Of a stretch of DNA of 64,000 nt, positions 59,164 through 64,000 are shown one piece after another. How positions within the stretch are numbered: position 1 is the stretch's first letter; every line of letters starts with the position of its first letter. A model generated the notes under the pieces. It searched no databases and was not told the origin of the DNA. It saw only the letters and a list, made by a program, of their open reading frames with translations. A program made the position numbers and the translations under genes. Source of the stretch: a bacterium (GTDB lineage Bacteria > SAR324 > NAC60-12); the NCBI GenBank assembly GCA_965233585.1, contig CBDDTI010000745.1, positions 128,001 to 192,000 on the forward strand. The letters run 5' to 3'.

Positions 59164-62100
59164 ACAACAAATAGAAAGATTGACTTCTCTTTACCAGATC
59201 ATTCCTTTCAATCGTTCAATTCAATCTCAAAATGAGATGTTAAGCTCTTTGGTTCAAGAGCTTCAAACCCACTTCATCTCTGAACAAATTCGCCAAACCT
59301 ACCCCGAGCAATCTATCAATACTGGGTTATCTCAAGCTCATCTCTTTCTCACAAAGAGAACTGAGGTCAACCATGAGCGGTTAAACTATATTGGACTCTC
59401 TTCAGTACCAGAACTCAAACTTGCTCTCTTTGAGACCTTGATTCTGTTCAACACTCCCAAAGGGTCGGAAGTTAAACTTGATCCAGTCAATAAAGACGCC
59501 AGTCAAAAAAAATGGAGGTTGTTCTATGAAAACGCACCATCAGGGATTGCTTGCATTTTACAACAACTTCCCCATGAGATTTTGCGGTCTGTTCATTCCA
59601 CGACCATTTACGAATATGTCCGCCAGTACTACCCTGACCTTCAAAATCCCCTCAAGCAACACGATAACCCTCATATCTGCTCTATTCTCTGTTCTGGAGA
59701 AATAGGAACAGCCGCTTACCACCCAGAGCAACCGATTGACTTCCACCTGATTTGTGATGCCCCCAAAACTTCACTCAAATGGAATGATGCGGATTTTTTC
59801 ATTGCAGCTATTCAAAAAATTTTCTCGGTTACGTACCAAATTTACCAAGAAAAGCTGGATCAAACAAAACTGTCAGAATCTGTGAAAAAACAAATTGACG
59901 AGCAGTATGCTGAATTATTGAGCAAAGATGAATTGCAACAGTTTCAAATCATGTTTCCAGATTCCTATTCGTACATCTATCAACTTGAAACGGAAAAATA
60001 TTTTGAGCAGGAGCAAACCTCTGTTCAAGCTAAAATCCTTTGGTCTGGCATCATTGAAGTTTTGTCTCAAACTCCATACTTTGAAAAATTTTTCTCACAG
60101 TTCAGACGTTTTTTCTCATTTATGAAAGTTCCTGCTGATCTGATGCAAGCCTACTGGTTTCCAGCATCACTAGACAAAGCATGGCAAGAACAAATCAGAA
60201 AGAAACTTCTTGAATTTTATACAAAAACGTATCTAAAGCCTCATCAACTTCAATCTATTTTCCGACACTATAAACTCTCAAAATCTAAAGATCAGGGGAA
60301 AGACCAAGACCTCACCTTGCTTAAACACTTACAATCTACTCCCCAATGTGCATCCATTGTTAAAAAATTTTTGCAAAATATTGTTCACTCTATCAGTTTT
60401 CACCAAATAGACACTTTTCATCAAGCGTTCCAACTTCTTCAGCAACTTTTTGACAAAAAAAGAGAAATTCTTGATAGTGATTTAAGCGATGAGTTAACAG
60501 AAATCATTCAAACCAATTTTTTTAAGCAACAGTTTAAAATTGCTCAAAATTATTTGGACGAGGAACGTTACAAGCATCAGGCAAAACATGAAGTAGAATT
60601 TTATTTAAAATTGCAAGATGCCACAGAATACATCAATACCAAATTTCAAAAAGTGTCTGTCCGCTTTCACGGTCATTTTCTGCGCAACCTTCAAGAAGAC
60701 AAGTTGCAATCCATTCTCACTATCACTCATGCACCAACAGGGGGCAAGCCCTTAAAAGACATTTTATATTCTTCTTTAACAGTTGCAGGACACCCTCTTT
60801 GCCCCTACCAGATCCCACACCTACTTCATACCTTTGGAAAAATTGGAGTGTTGGAGGCAAATTTGTTTCAAACGACTTATTCAGGCTTTAGCAAGGATGT
60901 AGAGGTGAGTTATTTACAGCTTCCTCACTTGGGGGGATTGGAGAAAATCAACCAATTTGGTGCGGCATACATTCTTCCTTTTTTACTTTACGAAACCATT
61001 AAGCTGGAGCAATGGGAGCTTCCTGAAGCCTTGCTCAATGCCTGGTGGCTAGAACTTGCATACTGCCAAGAACAACAACTCACTATTACAGAACTCATAG
61101 ACCAGCCAGAAAAACGTAAAAGCTTGCAACTTGCAAAACAAGGTGCAGAACATTGTCAAGCCATAGTCTCAATAGAGCAAAAATTTCCTAGACTAGCATC
61201 TCATTTCCGATGGGTGCAATTTGCAGAAATCTTTACAAACTCTGGGAAAGAAAATAGAAGTTATGCTGCATGGTGTTATGGAATGTACGTCTCTTTTGAA
61301 CGTATCATTGACGAGACAACACAAGTCAGGCAACTGTGGTCGGGTCAGAACCAGCCTTGGCAGATGCAATTTATTTTCAAATTTGCAGAGCTTTTTCTCA
61401 CAGATTTCACCGATGATTTTTTCATTGCAAATATCAACGGACAATTACAGCAACAAATCCGTCAGGCAAGAAAAATGAGAATTTTGTTCTTAGAAACCTT
61501 GCAACGTACTGAAAAGAAAATTCTTGAATACGATGCCCACCGTTGTTTGTCTAAATTGATGGGACTCCTTCTTAAAAAAAATGATTATGAATTTGCCAAC
61601 CATGCAGAAAAAATCTCAACTTTAACGCAAGAAAAATTAAGTGAGGTTTATTCACGTATCATCTTGACCGAACACAACAACAATCTCCAAGACCAAACGG
61701 CATTGACAGAATATGAATCTGCATCGGAAAGTCATACCGACTTTGAGACGCTAGCTCATCAAACTGCAGAACATTTGTCACAGCAATATCTTAATTTTAA
61801 CATCTTCGTACCAGAAGAAGACCTCAAAGCAGTTCTCTTGTCAAATTGTAGCCACGTGCAATGGAATCAAAATGAATGTGCCATGTTAAGACTAAGGTTA
61901 GCCATGATTTTCCAAAGTCAATCCCACCAGTTGCATTTACCGATTGCATACATGGTCGGAAAACCTAGACGATTTATCACAATTCATTTTGAACCCAATT
62001 CACAACGTTGGTCGTTTGAATCTACCACATTTCAGGTCAATCAGGGCTATCGTAAGTTTAACGAAACCAGTGATCCAGAAAATAAATTTGAAATCTTTGT

Positions 62101-62791
62101 CAATCACTTGAGTCATGGATTAGCGCAGTGTCTTTTCAGCAGGTATTATGGTGTGGAACAGAATGTCAAAACTATTTTTAAGAAAAAATCAGATCGTAAA
62201 CATATCTTGGGAACGGTACCGGGAAACCCTGTTTTCCCATCTACTCTTGAAGACCTATCCCACCAAATTCTGGACTTTTTCGTGCCTCAATCTATACGTT
62301 CTTACGAAATTTTTGCTTCCAAACATTATGTTCGGGATATTTTTGTGATCTGTAACATCAGTCGTTTTAATACGGTGTCTATCATTATCAGGGCAAATAC
62401 TGGTAGAATTTTTGTGTTAGAGCTTCACACGGATAGAATCCCTGTCAAACTTCATAGGAGAGATATGGAAGTAGATCCCGGGATTGCAAGGTTTTTCCTG
62501 CAACTTAATCATCAAAAAAGTAGAATGGAGCTTATACGGCTCATCAATCAATGTGATTTATCCTTTAATGAAAACGCCTTGCCTAGATATAAAATTTGGG
62601 TGAATCCAAATAACTTTGAAACGAGACTCAAGCCACAATACCAACAACCCTATTTGAGAGCCATTGCTAATGCAGTCTGGAATTCCAGACAGATAGGGAC
62701 TTATGATTTTTTAAAACCTGTCAAATTTGATTGTTCACTTAATTCTATTGGACAGAAGGCTGTGCAACAATTAACTGATATTCAAAATTAA
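59153..62791 (+). CDS. Large protein with degenerate class I adenylate cyclase-like motifs
   Basis: SILCSGEIGTAAYHPEQPIDFHLIC, DILYSSLTVAGHPL, HLGGL...PEALLNAWWLE occur in the order of CyaA motifs. Confidence 0.55.
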   Translation: MQIEQQIERLTSLYQIIPFNRSIQSQNEMLSSLVQELQTHFISEQIRQTYPEQSINTGLSQAHLFLTKRTEVNHERLNYIGLSSVPELKLALFETLILFNTPKGSEVKLDPVNKDASQKKWRLFYENAPSGIACILQQLPHEILRSVHSTTIYEYVRQYYPDLQNPLKQHDNPHICSILCSGEIGTAAYHPEQPIDFHLICDAPKTSLKWNDADFFIAAIQKIFSVTYQIYQEKLDQTKLSESVKKQIDEQYAELLSKDELQQFQIMFPDSYSYIYQLETEKYFEQEQTSVQAKILWSGIIEVLSQTPYFEKFFSQFRRFFSFMKVPADLMQAYWFPASLDKAWQEQIRKKLLEFYTKTYLKPHQLQSIFRHYKLSKSKDQGKDQDLTLLKHLQSTPQCASIVKKFLQNIVHSISFHQIDTFHQAFQLLQQLFDKKREILDSDLSDELTEIIQTNFFKQQFKIAQNYLDEERYKHQAKHEVEFYLKLQDATEYINTKFQKVSVRFHGHFLRNLQEDKLQSILTITHAPTGGKPLKDILYSSLTVAGHPLCPYQIPHLLHTFGKIGVLEANLFQTTYSGFSKDVEVSYLQLPHLGGLEKINQFGAAYILPFLLYETIKLEQWELPEALLNAWWLELAYCQEQQLTITELIDQPEKRKSLQLAKQGAEHCQAIVSIEQKFPRLASHFRWVQFAEIFTNSGKENRSYAAWCYGMYVSFERIIDETTQVRQLWSGQNQPWQMQFIFKFAELFLTDFTDDFFIANINGQLQQQIRQARKMRILFLETLQRTEKKILEYDAHRCLSKLMGLLLKKNDYEFANHAEKISTLTQEKLSEVYSRIILTEHNNNLQDQTALTEYESASESHTDFETLAHQTAEHLSQQYLNFNIFVPEEDLKAVLLSNCSHVQWNQNECAMLRLRLAMIFQSQSHQLHLPIAYMVGKPRRFITIHFEPNSQRWSFESTTFQVNQGYRKFNETSDPENKFEIFVNHLSHGLAQCLFSRYYGVEQNVKTIFKKKSDRKHILGTVPGNPVFPSTLEDLSHQILDFFVPQSIRSYEIFASKHYVRDIFVICNISRFNTVSIIIRANTGRIFVLELHTDRIPVKLHRRDMEVDPGIARFFLQLNHQKSRMELIRLINQCDLSFNENALPRYKIWVNPNNFETRLKPQYQQPYLRAIANAVWNSRQIGTYDFLKPVKFDCSLNSIGQKAVQQLTDIQN

Positions 62792-62799
62792 AAAAACAC

Positions 62800-63096
62800 A
62801 TGGGTTCAACTCACTCTAAGCCTCAAGATTTATCCGATTCACTTCAAAAACAGCGAAATAGAATTGACGAAATTGACTCACAGCTTCTAACATTACTCAA
62901 TGAACGAGCAAAGGTTGCCTTAGAAATTGGCTATTTCAAAAAACAAAATCAGCTTCCCATTGTTTCATTGGAGAGAGAACAAGAGCTACTTGACAAATTA
63001 AAACAAAAAAATCAAGGCGTGCTTTCTGGTCAACAAATCGCAGCAATTTTCCAGCAAATCATTCTTGCCATGCGGGAAGTTCAACAAAAACTATGA
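62800..63096 (+). CDS. AroQ-type chorismate mutase
   Basis: RNRIDEIDSQLLTLLNERAKVALEIGYFK...RE. Confidence 0.9.
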   Translation: MGSTHSKPQDLSDSLQKQRNRIDEIDSQLLTLLNERAKVALEIGYFKKQNQLPIVSLEREQELLDKLKQKNQGVLSGQQIAAIFQQIILAMREVQQKL

Positions 63097-63293
63097 CCAA
63101 AAAATTGGCATCGCTTCAAAATTAGTTGCAGGCTTGACAAAAGTTAAAGTCTGTTACAGAATCAACCGCTTTGACTAGCACCAAACTAACAATATTCTGA
63201 CGGGGAGAGTAAGGACGGTCACCGACCCGATGTCTCAAAATCTCTTGACACAAAGTACGCTCCAACATCTCAATATTTGTCATAGTTCAAACG

Positions 63294-63599
63294 ATGAACA
63301 GAAAACCTCCAATTTGGTTGCCTACCCTGTTTTATCCCCAATACGAAAAGGCTCGTAGAGATTATGTCAGTCCTGTTAAACGAATAGTTCGCACTGAATT
63401 TCAGGTGGTCATTCCATACTATGAACTTTCACAAAGCGACACACAAGATGATGGAACTGGTAGTTTTTTTGAACAAAGTAATGATTTAAGACATACAAGA
63501 CCCCCTGCATTTGTCCTTAGAAAGAAAACACAACCACATCTTAAATTACTGAATCTCAAACGACAGAAAAAGACAATCAGACCTAAATTTGTCATTTAA
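63294..63599 (+). CDS. Hypothetical protein
   Basis: 101-aa ATG ORF, no recognised motif. Confidence 0.4.
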   Translation: MNRKPPIWLPTLFYPQYEKARRDYVSPVKRIVRTEFQVVIPYYELSQSDTQDDGTGSFFEQSNDLRHTRPPAFVLRKKTQPHLKLLNLKRQKKTIRPKFVI

Positions 63600-63703
63600 C
63601 AGAGACTGAAATCGGTTTGAATTAAGGTCACATTGTATGCCTCAAAAGAAGTGGTCTTTTTTCTCAATTCTTCTCACGTTGTTTGATGAAAACGAATGAT
63701 CTT

Positions 63704-64000
63704 GAAGCCTGAAAAACGGTCGCTGCGATTTTCAATCGGAGAGGAAAGTCCGGACAACATAGGGCAGAATGCCAGTTAATGACTGGGCAGTGCAAACTGA
63801 CGGAAAGTGCAACAGAAAATATACCGCCAGTTACTTTAAATGAGTGTTCTGGTAAGGGTGAAATGGCAGGGTAAGAGCCTACCGCAAGTCTGGTAACAGA
63901 TTTGGCATTGTAAACCCCATTCGTTGCAAGTCCAAATAGGGTTGTAGAAGTTGCCCGCTTCTATGCAATCGGGTAGGACGCTGGAGGTTTATGGTAACAT
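63704..64000 (+). ncRNA. rnpB: RNase P RNA (type A), truncated by window end
   Basis: GAGGAAAGTCCGG at 63741, GAAAGTGCAACAGAAA, AGGGTGAAA..GGTAAGAGC, GTAAACCCC..GCAAG. Confidence 0.95.

Overview
AT-rich bacterial chromosomal window. Gene content suggests a deltaproteobacterium-like, possibly SAR324-type organism (inference only). Housekeeping genes include proC, a phosphomutase, hflX, tRNA-Gln, a 7Fe ferredoxin, yceD-rpmF-plsX, tesA-ybbA, chorismate mutase and rnpB (cut by the window end). Accessory material: (1) a phosphonate pair (cytidylyltransferase-pepM, ppd) split by a low-GC vapBC module; (2) a TAXI transporter split by hicAB; (3) an amine gamma-glutamylation/TRAP cluster; (4) two integron-type gene cassettes with attC sites and no integrase, inside a 541-bp direct duplication; (5) a GH3/lysozyme-like/sugar-ABC cluster; (6) a large lipoprotein gene held out of frame by a 9x7-bp repeat and carrying an in-frame amber codon; (7) a binding protein paired with an MFS carrier that has extra periplasmic domains; (8) a YLDPGTGS peptide/TagF-like/short YidC/cytidylyltransferase module; (9) a degenerate class I adenylate cyclase-like protein. 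A ~100-bp sigma70 promoter module occurs three times as a direct repeat, each copy heading a different gene block, which suggests serial gene capture by promoter duplication. Four intergenic REP/REPIN-like palindrome clusters are present. All family calls come from motif recognition by eye; no searches were run.
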